Below are positions 10,169-29,344 of a DNA stretch of 56,896 nt, one piece after another. Below the pieces are notes generated by a model that saw nothing but the letters and a program-made list of their open reading frames with translations, had not been told where the DNA came from and made no database searches. The stretch covers positions 1-56,896 of the forward strand of contig JYFJ02002444.1 of the NCBI GenBank assembly GCA_000934665.2, in the 5' to 3' direction. This stretch comes from Catajapyx aquilonaris. Its lineage: Eukaryota. The stretch's first letter is position 1. Every line of letters begins with the position of its first letter. Made by a program: the position numbers and the translations under genes.

Positions 10169-12625
10169 TCAGCATGATGGCTTCGGCGATGGCGAAAAAA
10201 AGGATGTGATTTGCGTCTGAGTCTTCGCTTCCTCCGAGACACTAGTGTTTCCAGTCTTACTTCCAGCGCTGTTTGGGCTTTGACTGTTGTCCTGCTCCAT
10301 GTCTTCAACCCTGCATCTCTTCCGCTCCGTCTCATCCTCGTCCTCATCGTCCTGACAAAACTGTTCAGGCGAATCGAAGATCTTGTCCACTCCCATCACG
10401 TCCGCACACAGAAATTCATTGATTTTCATCCTTCCGCAATCTGGATGACGACCATACCTGTTGAGAAACAGCGCACTTTACCCTGTATTCATATAACATT
10501 TTTTTGTGCGAATTACATACATAGTTTCTATGGAACCATACCTTCCTATCGCGGCAAACAGTCTCCCAACATCTACTCTGGAAGCCTCCAGCAATGCGTA
10601 CATGTCATACAGATGGTCCCTCAGCTTCCGGTCCCCAAACGTGAAGTACACTACCCCACGACCACTCTCAGCCGCAGCCATCAACTGCAACAGACACTTG
10701 AGACGTGGATCGCCATGAAACACACCACAACCCCAGTTGCCTGTAGCCACACCCGAGGGCTGCCCCTGGGACAACTCAGGGGCAAACCCGACATAAGCTT
10801 TTCCCAACTCTCGCCGAACGTTCCTCGGACTGTACTGCAGAAAGGGACGGCTGAAATAGAGTGCGTCTATGGCCACGACACTGGTGATCCGTCGTCCGTC
10901 TTGGTCCACCGCAGTTTCATCTCTGAAGGTCCCGTTCCACTCGAAGGTCCCGCCGTACCCGCGATGCCTACTGAACCGCTGGCAGCCGTGGATCAGGATG
11001 CACTCGGTGTCCTCCATCGACTCGCAGATCAGCATCGAAGCCGCTAGTTCGGGGCAGAGCGCAAATCGGATCTCCTCTTGTACACAACCAGGTCCAAGGA
11101 AGCCGCCGCCTACAAACTTGTTCGCAAAGTCAACCTGCGCAGGGAAGAAAAACAATGCAGAAAAATTTACTTTCATTGAAAAATGCAGTTTCTGTCATGT
11201 ACTTTTCGCTATTAATTTGAATTTGCATTTATTGCCCAGTGAGCGCATGGTCCTTTTGGGGTACTTTTTGTTATAAATTTTTGCTGCGGATTACCTGCAG
11301 CATTCCCTCCCCTTCCGTCTCGATGTTTCCCTCGGACGTCACGTGGAATGCAGGTAGCGGCTTGTTGGATTCTTCCCACTTCGGAATCTCCTCGGGCGGA
11401 AAGTGACGCCTCGTGATGGTCACAACACCGTCTGCACCCTTCTTATACACACACCTGGAAACACCAGATGACAATTAGCAACAATTAAGCTTGCGGCTCA
11501 ATTTTGCTCCTGACCACGTTTACATATGAGCGATCTGCTCAGCGATGCGATGTTATTGTTTGGGGCGAAAATTGATTGGTACTTTCGCCCCAAACAATTG
11601 GTTTCATCACTGAGCGAAACGCTCGTATGTAAAAGCGGCCTAAAACCAGTTTCCTAAACATTAGACCGAATATTTCACCTGAAGTAGTTGAGGACACACT
11701 TGAGCTTCTCAGCGCAGACCTGCCTCATTTGCTGCAGCTTCTTCGATTCCTTTGCCTTACTTCCACTGCCCCTTGCGTCCGTCTGGAGAAGCCCAAAGAA
11801 GTTGATGGCCGGAAACGTGGCATATTCGGCTGTCCTGCGCTTCGAGTTGCGCTTCGGAAACGTGCAGAAAAACGCGTTTGCCAACAAGCACACCACCTGC
11901 GGGATCAAAAATGGGGTCAGAACAAGAGCGGACGACCTTCACGTAACTGACCTGCTCCTGCGACATGGACACGGATGAATTCCGCTTCCTCCTGAGCAAC
12001 GGGAGTTCCCTTTGGAACAAGTCCGGAGCACGCAAGGCCGTCTGAGCGATCCAAGGCAGCAGGAAATCCCTTAGGTACGCCTCCTCCTCTTCCTCCAGCT
12101 CTGACTCGAACAGGTACTCCAGTACGTCCAGGTGCTGCTCCGGAGCCTGCCTGTTGTAGCTGAAGATGGCAGCCTGGATATCCCGCCATCCGGACATCTT
12201 CCGGGAGAGTGCGGACCGGATGAGGTCCCACCGCCAACGGAGAGTCCGCTCATCCGCTTCGGACACTGGGAACATGTTACGCGGCGATTGCGGCATATGT
12301 ACGTGGTACGGATCCCAGTGCTCCGGCTCATCTGGCGGGTGTCGTGCGTACGGTTCCGGAGCTGATCCGGGTACAACTGGAAGCTGCCAAATGGTTAATG
12401 CGTGCCATTTCGCGCAATCATCGACATTACCTTGAACATGACTGTATGGTGCTGGGACGGCTTGATCCGGTGCAATTGCGGGCCACATCCCGGAGCACGG
12501 CTGATCTTCTCAATCGACGTGCCACGCCACGGCAACAGCTGCGTCTCACTGTTGCGGCTGGTCTCAGCCTCGTCGTCCATCGGCTCAGATGGTCCGCTGC
12601 CTGTCGACTCTTCCGCACCCGACAT
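10169..12625 (-). CDS. PARG: poly(ADP-ribose) glycohydrolase, ~628 aa
   Basis: Exons 12625-12431, 12383-11952, 11896-11679, 11454-11295, 11134-10542, 10457-10169 (1887 nt, open). Catalytic signature VDFANKFVGGGFLGPGCVQEEIRF, plus LLANAFFCTFP and VATGNWGCGVF. Confidence 0.95.
11512..11640. mobile_element. palindromic MITE-like element in PARG intron 3
   Basis: tttacatatgagcg...attgtttggggcgaaa / tttcgccccaaacaat...cgctcgtatgtaaa form a long imperfect hairpin; ends resemble the element at 54562-54717. Confidence 0.6.
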
Positions 12626-13200
12626 TGTGCTGCAAGTAGTACTAATTAATGAGACCGCCAGCTAATTAAGCTGCCAATTAATTAATCGGCCCTAGTTGGA
12701 TGAAAAAAAAAAACACATTGTTTAAAGCCACGTGCGACCTTCAAGGCGTGCCTTTGGCTGCCTAATTATTTTCCCTGCAGACTCTACATGTTGGGCTCAC
12801 AAACCTTGATCCTTCAGAGGGCTTCAGAGTCGCGGAGACATTTGCCAATTAGGACAGAAAAATTCGCACAAAATTTAGTCCGAAAGTGTTATTCCGATTT
12901 TTTCCCCTGTTGATTTCCCTATTCCTGCGATTTCAGCATTGAATTTGGCCAGGCCTAGCGTTTCTGATTGGCTGAGGAATATTATAGCAGCTGCGGTTAT
13001 AATCAATGTAACCGCTATTTATTAGTTGGCAGGAACTGCTATTAATAGCGTCTGTAGTATACTCAGCTATGTAAGCTTACACATTAATTTACTATTTATT
13101 GCCACTTACCTACACGAGATGTCACAATGCACATAATGAATAAATACACTTACCTCATTAATATAGAGAAAAAATAAAACGACACCCTTACTTTGTACTT

Positions 13201-13345
13201 CAAGGGGTTTAACCACTCGACTGTAAAGTGTACACTAAAGTGCCAAATTCAAGGAGTACCAAGGAGTACCAAGGAGTCCATACCAAAGAGTAAGGTACCT
13301 GCTGGAAGTATACTACTGCAGGTGTACACCGGAGTGCCACTATTG
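13201..13345. mobile_element. non-autonomous DNA transposon (CAAGG terminus, 8-bp TSD), copy A
   Basis: TSD TTGTACTT at 13193-13200 and 13346-13353; absent from the paralogous site at ~49023; internal GGAGTACC repeats shared with copy B. Confidence 0.7.
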
Positions 13346-13829
13346 TTGTACTTCCTGATCCATTTTGGTAGTGAGAAGATTAATGACCATTTCCCCCCTC
13401 ATCAAATTAAAACACTGCTTACATCTCCTGACATTGATGAATAAGGTCATTATGTAAACATCCTTCGCTTATCTCGGAATAAAAATACACGTGATCGATA
13501 TGTTCCATTTGAGGGGAATCTTCGGAACAAGTGTCCGTCTCTTTTTCCTTTCCTAAGTAGACCTGACAGGAATGTTTCAGCCACATGGAATCATTCTCTG
13601 GTCACATGGAGTTCACTGGAAGCTCATTTTTCTCTTTACTTCCTTGTGATCTTCTGAGAAAAGCTGTTGGGCGGGATAAACCCACTGACATCTCTACTGA
13701 TAATGGGGCCTCGCCCTCTGCCCACAAATATTTTATCTGAGGTCACCAATGTCACTATTTAAGCAGTGCGCCCGAAATGATTGAGGAGAAAGGAATCGTC
13801 TGATCCAGTCGAGTGCAGCATCCTCCGAG

Positions 13830-15957
<2,128 letters not shown>

Positions 15958-17545
15958 ACGACCAGTAATGACTTTTCGCACTTGTCACAATGCAATGCTC
16001 ATCACCTGCAGAATTTTATAACACTGCTCTGCATAATAGCATATTGGTGCAGTATAATAGGTCCTATGGACGTTAGTTTCTATTGAGATAAGGCTATTTA
16101 AAGACTGATGAATTTGGACAAGAAAATATCCGAATATTCTTATGCCTGTCAACTTCTACAGAGTAGTTGCAATTACTATAAGTAATTACAATGGGCAATC
16201 TACGTAATTCAATAATGCCAACAAGAGTGACCCCATGGGGTCACGCACTCTTGTTGGTTTAGATGGGCGGAGAGCTAAACAGGTTAGCTCGACTCCAATA
16301 ATATTTTTTTGCGGCTCCCGCTTTAAAACGTAGAGCCGTGTCACCTAAATCTCGCTTGATAGAATAATTTATCTGCTACAACCAAACCTCTTTTTTGAGT
16401 GCATGCAACTCTGAATCTCGTCTAACACTACAGTATATTTAACTCTATTTTTAAAACGGAGACAATGAAACCCATGTCATTGGATATTTAAAATGTTTTC
16501 ATGTTATAAAATAAAAAGTTGGTTTTTCCCGTTTGTAGAATATTACAATAATTGCTTTGAAATAAAGTGCATGACTTTAACTGTACTGAGGTTTCTTTTT
16601 TCACCACAGACTGAGAGAAAATGATTGTGCTACATCACCATCGCCTAGATTTTCGCTTACATGTATAGGCCAAAGCCTATTCTTGTATGTGGAGAATACT
16701 TGCAAAATAAAATAATCAGTCATATTTCCTGACAACCTGCACAGGCTTTTGAGTGGCTTTATCTCACATCAGTTAGGCCTACCTCCCTTATACCAATGGG
16801 GTCCCTACTTTTTTGATCCCTGCGGTAGAGAGACTATTGTTTGCTGCCATGGCCATCACTATCTTGACACCTGACCATTACTATCTGGATGGGTGGCCAT
16901 TACTGTCTTTTAGGTAGGATATTTTGTGCATTTAAATGTATACACACATTTTGGTAGATTTGCGTGAATTTGATGCATTATGATCGGGGACAACCTCATT
17001 AGTCATTAGAAAAATATTTTTGAACATCTACGTGAAAAGAAAAGGTGAGAATATTCATGTATTACTGAGACCAATACACTAAACTGGCCATCACTGTATG
17101 GTTTACCCTACATATATTTTCCCGACTCAGGTTAAAAAATCAGAATTTGTGGAAATTAAGAACTTATACTGATTCTAGTAATTACTGTTCAGCATAATAA
17201 TTATCATGTGCTGAAGTTGTGACAAGTTCTATAACGTGAACAGAAAACAGCTTAATAAGAAAATCATTGCTATTTTCATAGTTTCTTTCAGGGGGAGTGA
17301 ATCCTCCACTGATAGGAGTTTGCCCCAAAGGATGCTGCGGTGACGTATACGAAGGAGTATTTTGAACAGATTTTGAAAGTCTTCTGCCTCCCTACAGTCC
17401 ACTTCCTCGCCACATTTTGTGTGATTACGGTCATCACTTATCAAAGCTTATCAAATTAATCTGCTCACTTCGAGTGCGTTTCGTCTCGAAGCCGCATTCT
17501 TGTCACTTATTGTCACCATCACAGTTGATATGAATCAATATGTAG

Positions 17546-17982
17546 GTCTGGACAACATCCACCGACTGACCAGCGACCCTTCCACTCCGATGAGACTCCG
17601 GGTGGAGCTGGAGGATTGGGAGGGGGAGAAGAGGGTCGCCTTTTACAGCACTTTCATTGTTGCAAATGAAAAGGAGAAGTACGACCTCGTTGTGGAAGGA
17701 TACGTGGGTAGGGGACCGGTAGGAGGCCCAGGGGACTCTCTGGGAGCCCACTATGGCACGGCCTTCTCCACAAAAGACCGGGACAACGATGATTATGATG
17801 GATCGCACTGCGCACAGGAGTTCAAGAGTGGTTGGTGGTACCACAGCTGCGTCACTGCCCAACTGAACGGAGTTTATCTCAAGGGAATGCACAGTCAATC
17901 GTTTCAAGGTGTCCTCTGGTACCACTGGAAGGGAGATTATTACTCTCTGAAAAGAACAGCCATGATGATCAGACCCAGATAA
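17546..17982 (+). other. intact orphan/duplicated FREP terminal exon (FBG C-terminal half)
   Basis: Preceded by a copy of the FREP2 intron-5 3' end (tatgaatcaatatgtag|GTCTGGAC); open frame GLDNIH...GWWYHSC...MMIRPR*; no exons 1-5 of its own. Confidence 0.8.
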
Positions 17983-18470
17983 ACGACCAGTAATGACTTT
18001 TTGCACATGTCACACTCTAATACTCATCACCTGCAGCATTGTATAACACTGCTCTGAACATTGGTGCAGTATAGAATAGATCATATAGATGTACACAGTA
18101 TTGAGAGTAATAAAACTTTTGTGAACTTTTTTCACTTTTCTCATATTATTTGGCAAAAAAATATTATCCGAATACATTGCAAAATCTATTATTCGAATGT
18201 CAAAATGTGCCAAAACTGACATGATCAACGTTTTTACCTATTGCAAAAGAGTTCCAAAAAAATTGACCATCAAAACAGTATTTGACTCAAACCTTCAGAC
18301 TTCAACGTCGTGACATGCACTTGAAAAAGAGTTAGCAATTATACACTGTGACACGCGTATTTTTATTTCATTTTATCGTAGAGTAATACGCAACAATTGA
18401 CAACTGACATTACAATGGAACATACAGAACTGTCACATCGGTGCAATTCCATGCAGCCTCAAAGCCTATT

Positions 18471-19867
18471 TTATTCCGGGAATTTACTCTGATATAATTG
18501 TACAGAGTAAGCATGATCAGAGAGTGCAGATGACGTATCCAATACACCAAAATGCACTGTTTTGCTCACGTGATTTGCCTTTATATTAATTGTCAAATCA
18601 GACTGGTCTTTAAATTTTCTCTTTGTAATCTGGAAATTATATGACTGCGCTTCTGTGTGTATTTTTAAATCAGTTGAGCACCTAAACTGTTTACCACAAA
18701 GGTGACAAGAAAATGGTTTCTCTCCTGCGTGCATCAATGTAATATGTTGTCTTACATATTTAAGGCTCGGAAACTCTTGATTGCAAATCAGACATGTAAG
18801 TGGTTTCATTCTGTGCCAACTCATATGGTACATCCAGACGGCTGGCGTTTTAAAGTCCCTCTTGCAAATCTTGCAATGAAATGGATGCGCTTCAATACTC
18901 AAGTCTGTCTCTCTCTTTATATGAGCTGCCAAAGCAAATGGGGTACCAAATCTCTTATTGCAAATTTGGCATCCGTATGCTTTCTTGCTGACACAACCAC
19001 CTTCAAATGTGTCCAGATGGATAACCTCCATCACATTTCCTTCAGAGGTCTCCTCCTCTTCTGCCTGAAAGATGTCAATACATTAGTGGAATCCTTCAGC
19101 CCATCTGCCAAAATAGATTAGCTTATCCGTGGCTAATGAGTCCATTTGCCATAATGAGTTCCATTTTCAAATAAAATCTTCCTCAATTTTTCTCTTATCA
19201 TGCCATCGGGGCCCCATGCATCAAACAATCCCAAAAGCCACTCAGCTTCAATAACTGGATTTAAGGTGTGACTTTGGGTATATACTAATAGGGAACAAGG
19301 GTGGCCCAACCCCTGAAGGGTCCGCACCCATTCTGTCCCCTCATTTACACATTTTACAGGAGAGGTAAAAATAGATTGAAAATACCAGGGCCAGTCAAAA
19401 CAAATTGAGACTGATTTTTATGTGATAAAGAGAATCAGTTCATGACTTGCGGTGAAGGTCATTGTGTCCAGTATGGATTGAAGTATTAGAACACCAATTC
19501 TTGTTCAAATATCCCACGCATTCTGGAAAATGGTCTATTCGCCCGTTCTCCTTATTGCCGACTATATTAAATTCACATCCGGCTTAGTTCACAGGTAGCT
19601 TTTGAGTGACTCAATATGCTTACACACCTTGACGTTCCTTTTATTTGTAACGGTCAAGGGATCATCCACATCGTCAGGGGCATCCGACATGGCAACAGAT
19701 GCCTCCTCTTCCTCCACCTTAACAGTGCTGATGTCTTCCACTGGACCAACTGGATGGGGATGAACATGTGACGAGGCGTCTTCCTCAATCCCGATCTTCC
19801 AGGTCTCCTCCTCAACGGTGATGTCCTCATCCTGGCACCTTTCTTCTTTCACCTCTGCCTTAATCAT
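18471..19867 (-). CDS. C2H2 zinc-finger protein ZF2 (acidic VKEE..DDPL N-terminus; partly degenerate fingers)
   Basis: Exons ~19867-19628 and 19064-18471 (phase 0, tttcag|GCAGAA); four finger-like units; paralogue of ZF3. Confidence 0.75.
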
Positions 19868-20871
19868 TAACGATTCATACCTTTAAAAAAAATGGAAATA
19901 AATCCTCCGTTACGTATGACATGTACTGATAATTCAATGGGCTTGCAATTCAGCAGCTCTTTCCTCCATCTCTGGCTCAGATTTAGGCAAAAACGGGAGT
20001 ACTTTCGCATAATTTTATTGTCTCGTCATAAATAACAATTGACTAACTAACATCAGAAATGAAATAATGAGCAAACAGCACTTTCCCCATCAAAAAATGC
20101 ACCACAATCCGTTGAATATGGCATGTACATTCATGTAACCTAATCACATCCTCATGTATGCTTTAAATCATCTCTAGATCCTTGATAACATAAAATGCAA
20201 TGGAAATGTTATGTAAATAATTTCTCGCCAATAGCAGTTACATGATTATGCTAGTCGTTATTCGTTCAATGAGATTCAATTTGAACTGCACTTTTGGTTA
20301 ATTTTCTTTAGGCTTCTTGACACATTTTGGCATTGCCAGGATTTTGTGCTAAATTTTCTTCTGCAGAGAAGCGCATTCAAGTTTTATTAACAGATATGTA
20401 TTTTAAAAATACCTACTGCAGCATGTATGCTTCCTGAGTATCTCTACAATTATCTATTGTGCGATTGCAGTGCACAGTAATCCGAGTGTTAGGGACAAAT
20501 TAATGGACGTACGCACATTGAATTTGCATTCAGCAGATCATATGGTTCAGACAATAAAATTTCATTGGCCTCGACATCCCGACTTTTAACTAATCTCTAC
20601 ATCAATTGTAATGATAAATGCAATGGAAATTCTATGTAAATAGTTGTTTTTATTGCAGCGCTCTATGCCTTGCAAACCTTGCTGTTACTCATAACTAAAA
20701 TGGATCTTTTTTCCTTGTGAGTACTGGAATGTATTTTTAGAAAAACAAGTAAGCTTAACTAAATGTTTTCCTGAGAAGATGTCCCCCCTCCGTGAGATGT
20801 CCCCCCTCCATGAATCCACGGCTCTTCTGAAATGAGATGACAAACCAAACGTTTTCTTGCAAACCCACCAA

Positions 20872-21748
20872 CTAAATATGTTGATTCCTGACATGTTTTT
20901 TTAAATAACCCGGGCTACTCAGAAACTGCCCACAAACATGACAAGAAAATTGATTCTTTCCTGTGTGCGTCAACATATGCGCTTTCAAATGTGATGGCCA
21001 AGGAAACTTTTTCTGGCAAATCAGACATCGCAGTGGTTTCCTTCCTGCGTGCGACCTCATATGGTTGGTCAAGGCAGACGCCAAATAAAATTCCCTCTTA
21101 CAAATCTGGCAACGAAATAGCTGCTCTCCGGAATTCTTGGCTGTGTGCCTCTTCATATGAGCTGCCAAACCAGATGCGGTAGTAAATCTCTCCTTGCAAA
21201 ATTGGCATTCACGCGGTTCCTTCCTGATGCCCGTCCCATCCAGTTGGAAAACATCCATCACATTTCCTTCAGAGGTCTTCTCCTCTTCTGACTGAAAGAT
21301 GCCAATACATTAGTGGCCATCTGTCAAAATGGGTTCGATTACCCATGGCTACTCATCAGCACCTGAAATTGCTACATAGTCAGGCCAGTGGAGAGCCGCG
21401 GCGGGTCCCACGGCAAATGCTTACACTAGTTCCGTTGTCTGCAAAGGCCAAGGGATCGTCCACATTATCTGGACCATCCGGTATGGCCACCAAAGCCTCT
21501 TCTTCCTCCACCTTAACGCTGCTGATGTCCCGCACTGGAACAACTGGACGCAGATGAACATGTGAAGAGGTGTCCTCCTCAATCTTCAAAGTCTGCTCAA
21601 TGGTGATGTCCTCATCACCTTCTTCTTTCACCTCTGCCTTAATCATTAATGACTTGCTCCTAAAAAATAATAATAATCAGGAACACATAATGTATGCAGG
21701 GTAATTGAACAAGGCAAGTACTCACTCCTCAGCATCTCCTGTCTCCAT
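20872..21748 (-). CDS. C2H2 zinc-finger protein ZF3 (4 fingers)
   Basis: Exons 21748-21726, 21659-21425, 21291-20872 join in frame (METGDAEESKSLMIKAEVKEE...DDPL...SEEEKTS...CQFC..); out-of-frame fifth-finger remnant downstream. Confidence 0.75.
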
Positions 21749-22237
21749 ACCAGGCTCAGATTTAGGCAAAATTGGAGAAAATAAAGCATAAGAAAAATTT
21801 TCGGATGAAAAGAACGAAGCCATCTTGGAAATTCTTGGGGTGCGTTCACTAACTCCATAATTTGAAAAGCAGCGATTTCCATTAGCATCGCTGTTGTCTC
21901 AAGTCGCTGCTACTTATCACCAATAGCGGTTATCAGATTTCTGTAGTCGTTACACGTTCTATTCCCATCCATTTAAGATAATGTCATTTAGAAAATATGT
22001 TTATTACGCAGTTTCCTTACAGCATAATATTGGTACTGTGCAGCATTAATTTCTTTCCAGAAATTACAATGATTTTATCATCCAATTTCCTTCACTTAAA
22101 GTGCGATCAATTTAATGGCGCCATTTTTGCAATGATTGATAGTTTCCAATTATTATTAGACAATTTATGAATTCATTATGATTTAGACCTGAAAACCTAA
22201 ATTTTCCTCTACCTCTATAACAATGCGACGTATATGC

Positions 22238-23127
22238 TCACGAGGGATGAGAATCAATAAGAAGGCCGCTTAACTTCCTTTGCGCACACCATTTCCTCCG
22301 GTGTTTTGCTAAAGTAGCTGGAGTACTAAAGTTTTGCTTGCAAACGTCGCAATTGTAAGGCGTCTCCTTCTTATGCAACGTCACATGGGCTCTCCAAGAC
22401 GGGTACTGAGAAAACCTTCTGTTACAAACCTCGCAATTGAACGGCTGCTCACCCGTGTGCAATCTCATGTGCGGAGTCAGACTACATTCCTGTGAAAAAC
22501 TCTCCTTGCAAATCGCACAACTAAACGGCTTTTCACCGGTATGAATCCGCATATGCCTTATCAACTGATAGGCCTGACTATACTTCCTGTCACACACGTG
22601 GCAACTCAATGTCTTCTCAACTGCGCACTTCTTGGCTTGTGACGACAACTGGAATGACTGCATGACCTTTTTCTTGACAGCCTGATAGTCCTGGTTAACT
22701 ACAATGTCTGTTCGCTTCATGTTCGTTAACGAAGCAACAACTGCAACACCATCTTTTTTGCATGCCCAGCTTCTGCATAATTTGTCACCCAAATTGTGGC
22801 CATCTAACTGCAGCACATTCTTCACATCTTCTTTTTCATGCTGAAATGTACAGACATCACTTAAAGCTATGTACTGTTCAGACTACACTATTAGATGCAT
22901 ACCTTACTGGTTCCATCATCAGTAATAGCCAAGGGGTCATCACCAGATTCAGAAACAAGTGTGGTAATAGTAACCAGTACTTCCTCCTTCAATGCCTCCG
23001 ACTTAACGTCACTTGTCGCAAGGGCTGACTGGGCTTCTTCCTTCACCGCAGACGCACACGCTTCTTCTGCTGTACCGTCTTCTACTTTCACATCAACCCT
23101 TGCATCAACCATAGGAGTCAGCAACAT
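22238..23127 (-). CDS. C2H2 zinc-finger protein ZF4 (3 C2H2 + 1 C2HC finger)
   Basis: Exons 23127-22903 and 22840-22238, phase 0; TGEKPF/TGEQPF linkers; acidic VKEE..DDPL first exon. Confidence 0.82.
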
Positions 23128-23330
23128 TATCCTGAAAAAATAATGTGAATTAACACATGCTGCACACTTGTTTCACATGTCTGCTCTAATACATCTACTT
23201 GCTGATTAAAAAATATCAATGTAATCTCACCCTGCAATATTTCTCTCCACAAAAACCCTCAAAAAACCATGAGTAGGACCCAAAAAATGTCCTAAATCGT
23301 ATTTTTCAACTTCTTTTCCAGTGGTTAGGG

Positions 23331-23462
23331 GCAGCCATCTTTGAATGAATGAGGGTGCGTTCACAAGCTCCACCGATTCACACCGTTCCTTTGTTTAAAG
23401 CATAGCAGCTGTCAGCAACCGCTACTGCCCAGTCACCGCTACTACACAGTAACCGCTATCAC
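23331..23462 (-). promoter_or_regulatory. ZF4 promoter motifs (GCCATCTT YY1/Pho-like, GGGTGCGTTCA, ACCGCTA x3)
   Basis: Same motif set upstream of ZF3 (21819-21950) and ZF5 (55551-55695); TAACCGCTA also upstream of PARG (~13009). Confidence 0.45.
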
Positions 23463-24342
23463 TGGTATTTGCTGTCAATTAATATTTTAAAAAATTAATA
23501 TCCTTTAATTGGTTGTGTGTTCTTCAAAGTAGTAGGCCTAATGTGCACATAGTAATGCCGGTACCAATTATTTCATATAATGTTAGAGGTGAAGCCAGGG
23601 ATGCATTTCGCTACCATATCGACGAACCATAGGCTACTGAATTAATATTACTGACCTATTTCATATTTGTCACATTTTATGAGATGGTAGTACATTATTG
23701 CTCCATGTGATGAAATCAAATAACCTTAATGACTAGAGCGATGAAGAAGTGGCTCCTCTACATTGTACCTCAGGTTTCATATTGGTAGTTTGACCACTTT
23801 CCTCCTTATCACTGCTTTTATGTCTCCCAACTTTGATGAAGGTCATCATGTAAACATCAATAATTGCTTATCTAGACATAAAAATAAAACGAACGCCCCA
23901 ATCATGCGACCCATGACCCATCCAGCCAACGACGCCAATACTCATGTGAACAAGGGAAGTTCAGAGAGCATAAGATTTCCTAACCATAGAACAAGTGATG
24001 TGTGTTCTGCTTAGAGGAAAAGGGAAAAAGTGTCAGCCTCTTTTCCTATACACTGGAAACTGGGAGATAGTAATGAAATGAATGTCGAATGCGCATGAAA
24101 TCAATATCTGTGGTGACATGAGTTCATTGGAATTTTATAATTCAAGTTCACTTTCTGTCTCTTCCTTCCTTGTGATCTTCTGATGAAAGTTGTTGGGCGG
24201 GGAAACACCCACTGACATATTCTCCGCAGATAAGGAGTTATATCTGCTGTCACCAATGTCACCCTTTATGCAATACACGCGCCCTATATAAGACTGAGGA
24301 GAAAGGAGTCGTCTTAATCCAGTCGAGTGCACATCCTCCGAG

Positions 24343-27904
<3,562 letters not shown>

Positions 27905-28707
27905 ACGACCAGGAATGATCACTCTTTGCACTTGCACCCTTCCACATACTCACCACCCTTGCCTGCACCATTGTTACATCGTATGTGCATATTAGCTGGG
28001 TATATCGCAGTTTCTTTTAAAGTAATGACTATCTAATTAATTTAATTCCCTGCCAATGTGAGTGACCATCATACACAACATTACTCTCAAATAGGGGTCT
28101 CAGCCTACAACACTACTCTTATGATTGTGTTTTTCTGTTTTTTAAAAGGTTAAACATGAAACCTATGTCACTGGAGGTATGTCACGGGCCAATTTTGTTT
28201 CTGTTGGTTGGTAATCAATGATTAGGCAACATATTGATATTGATATTGATATTATTGTCGTGGCTGGTGTCCTGATCACTTGAATATTATCCCACATTAC
28301 GTATACTCTGATGGTTATGTTATATTCTTAGAAAAGCCCTCTTTGCTGGGACAAGCAGGCACCACGCCATCCACACCCTTCTTAAACATGGACCTGGACA
28401 TGACACTCGGCGTCAATTAAGTCTGAGGCTCAATTTTGCTCGTTAAATTGCAAAATATTGGTACAGCATAATTTTTTTGCATAAATTGCAATGATTAAGC
28501 AATGTATTTTTCTTGTTCAATGTCTTTGCCTTTACAACAACACATTTTAAAATTGTCGTATTTGCTTCATATGTATGTATGTAGAATCTGCAATAAAAAT
28601 AGTTATATCATCAATTATATCAGAAAATTGTGAATTCCTTATGATGTGATATTTAGACCTGAAAACCTCAATTTTCCTCTACCTCTGTAACAATGTGATG
28701 TGTATGC

Positions 28708-29307
28708 TCACGAGGCATGAGAATCAAGAAGGCCGCTTAACTTCCTTTGCGCACACCATTTCCTCGTGTGTTTCGCTAAAGTAGCTGGAGTACTAAAGTT
28801 TTGCTTGCAAACGTCGCAATTGTAAGGCGTCTCCTTCTTATGCAACGTCATGTGGGCTCTCCAAGACGGGTACTGAGAAAACCTTCTGTTACAAATCTCG
28901 CAATTGAACGGCTGCTCACCATTGTGCAATCTCATACAGTATATGCGGAGTCAGACTACATTCCTGTGCAAAACTCTCCTAGCAAATCGTGCAACTAAAC
29001 CAGTATGAATCCGCATATGCCTTATCAACTGATAGGCCTGACTATACTTCCTGCCACACACGTGACAACTTAATGTCTTCTCAACTGCACACTTATTGGC
29101 TTGTGACAACTGTAATGACTGCATGACATTTTTCTTGACAGCCTGACAGTCCTGATTAACTTCATTGCCAGCTACCTTCCTGTCTGTCAACGAAGCAACA
29201 ACTGAAACACCTTCTTTATCGCATGTCCGGTTTCTGCATAATTTGTCACCCACATTGTGGCTGTCAAACTGCAGCACATTCTTCACATCTTCAACCTCTT
29301 TTTCATG
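28708..29307 (-). pseudogene. ZF4 paralogue pseudogene (exon 2 with frameshifts; exon 1 lost)
   Basis: Close copy of 22238-22840 with a deletion in the TGEKP linker and a small insertion; upstream remnant at ~31405-31460 matches 23278-23330. Confidence 0.85.
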
Positions 29308-29344
29308 CTGAAACATACAGACATCACTTAAAACGACTTCTTAA

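Noticed and set aside
10211..11047. 278-aa plus-strand ORF
   Set aside because: Antisense shadow of PARG exons 5-6; no recognisable motifs
16218..16283. Short palindromes (CCAACAAGAGTG..CACTCTTGTTGG) as a structured RNA
   Set aside because: No supporting family features; more likely a transposon subterminal remnant
17465..17500. Penelope-type hammerhead ribozyme (minus-strand GAAAC with hairpin)
   Set aside because: The required CTGANGA core is absent; the sequence runs into the duplicated FREP intron
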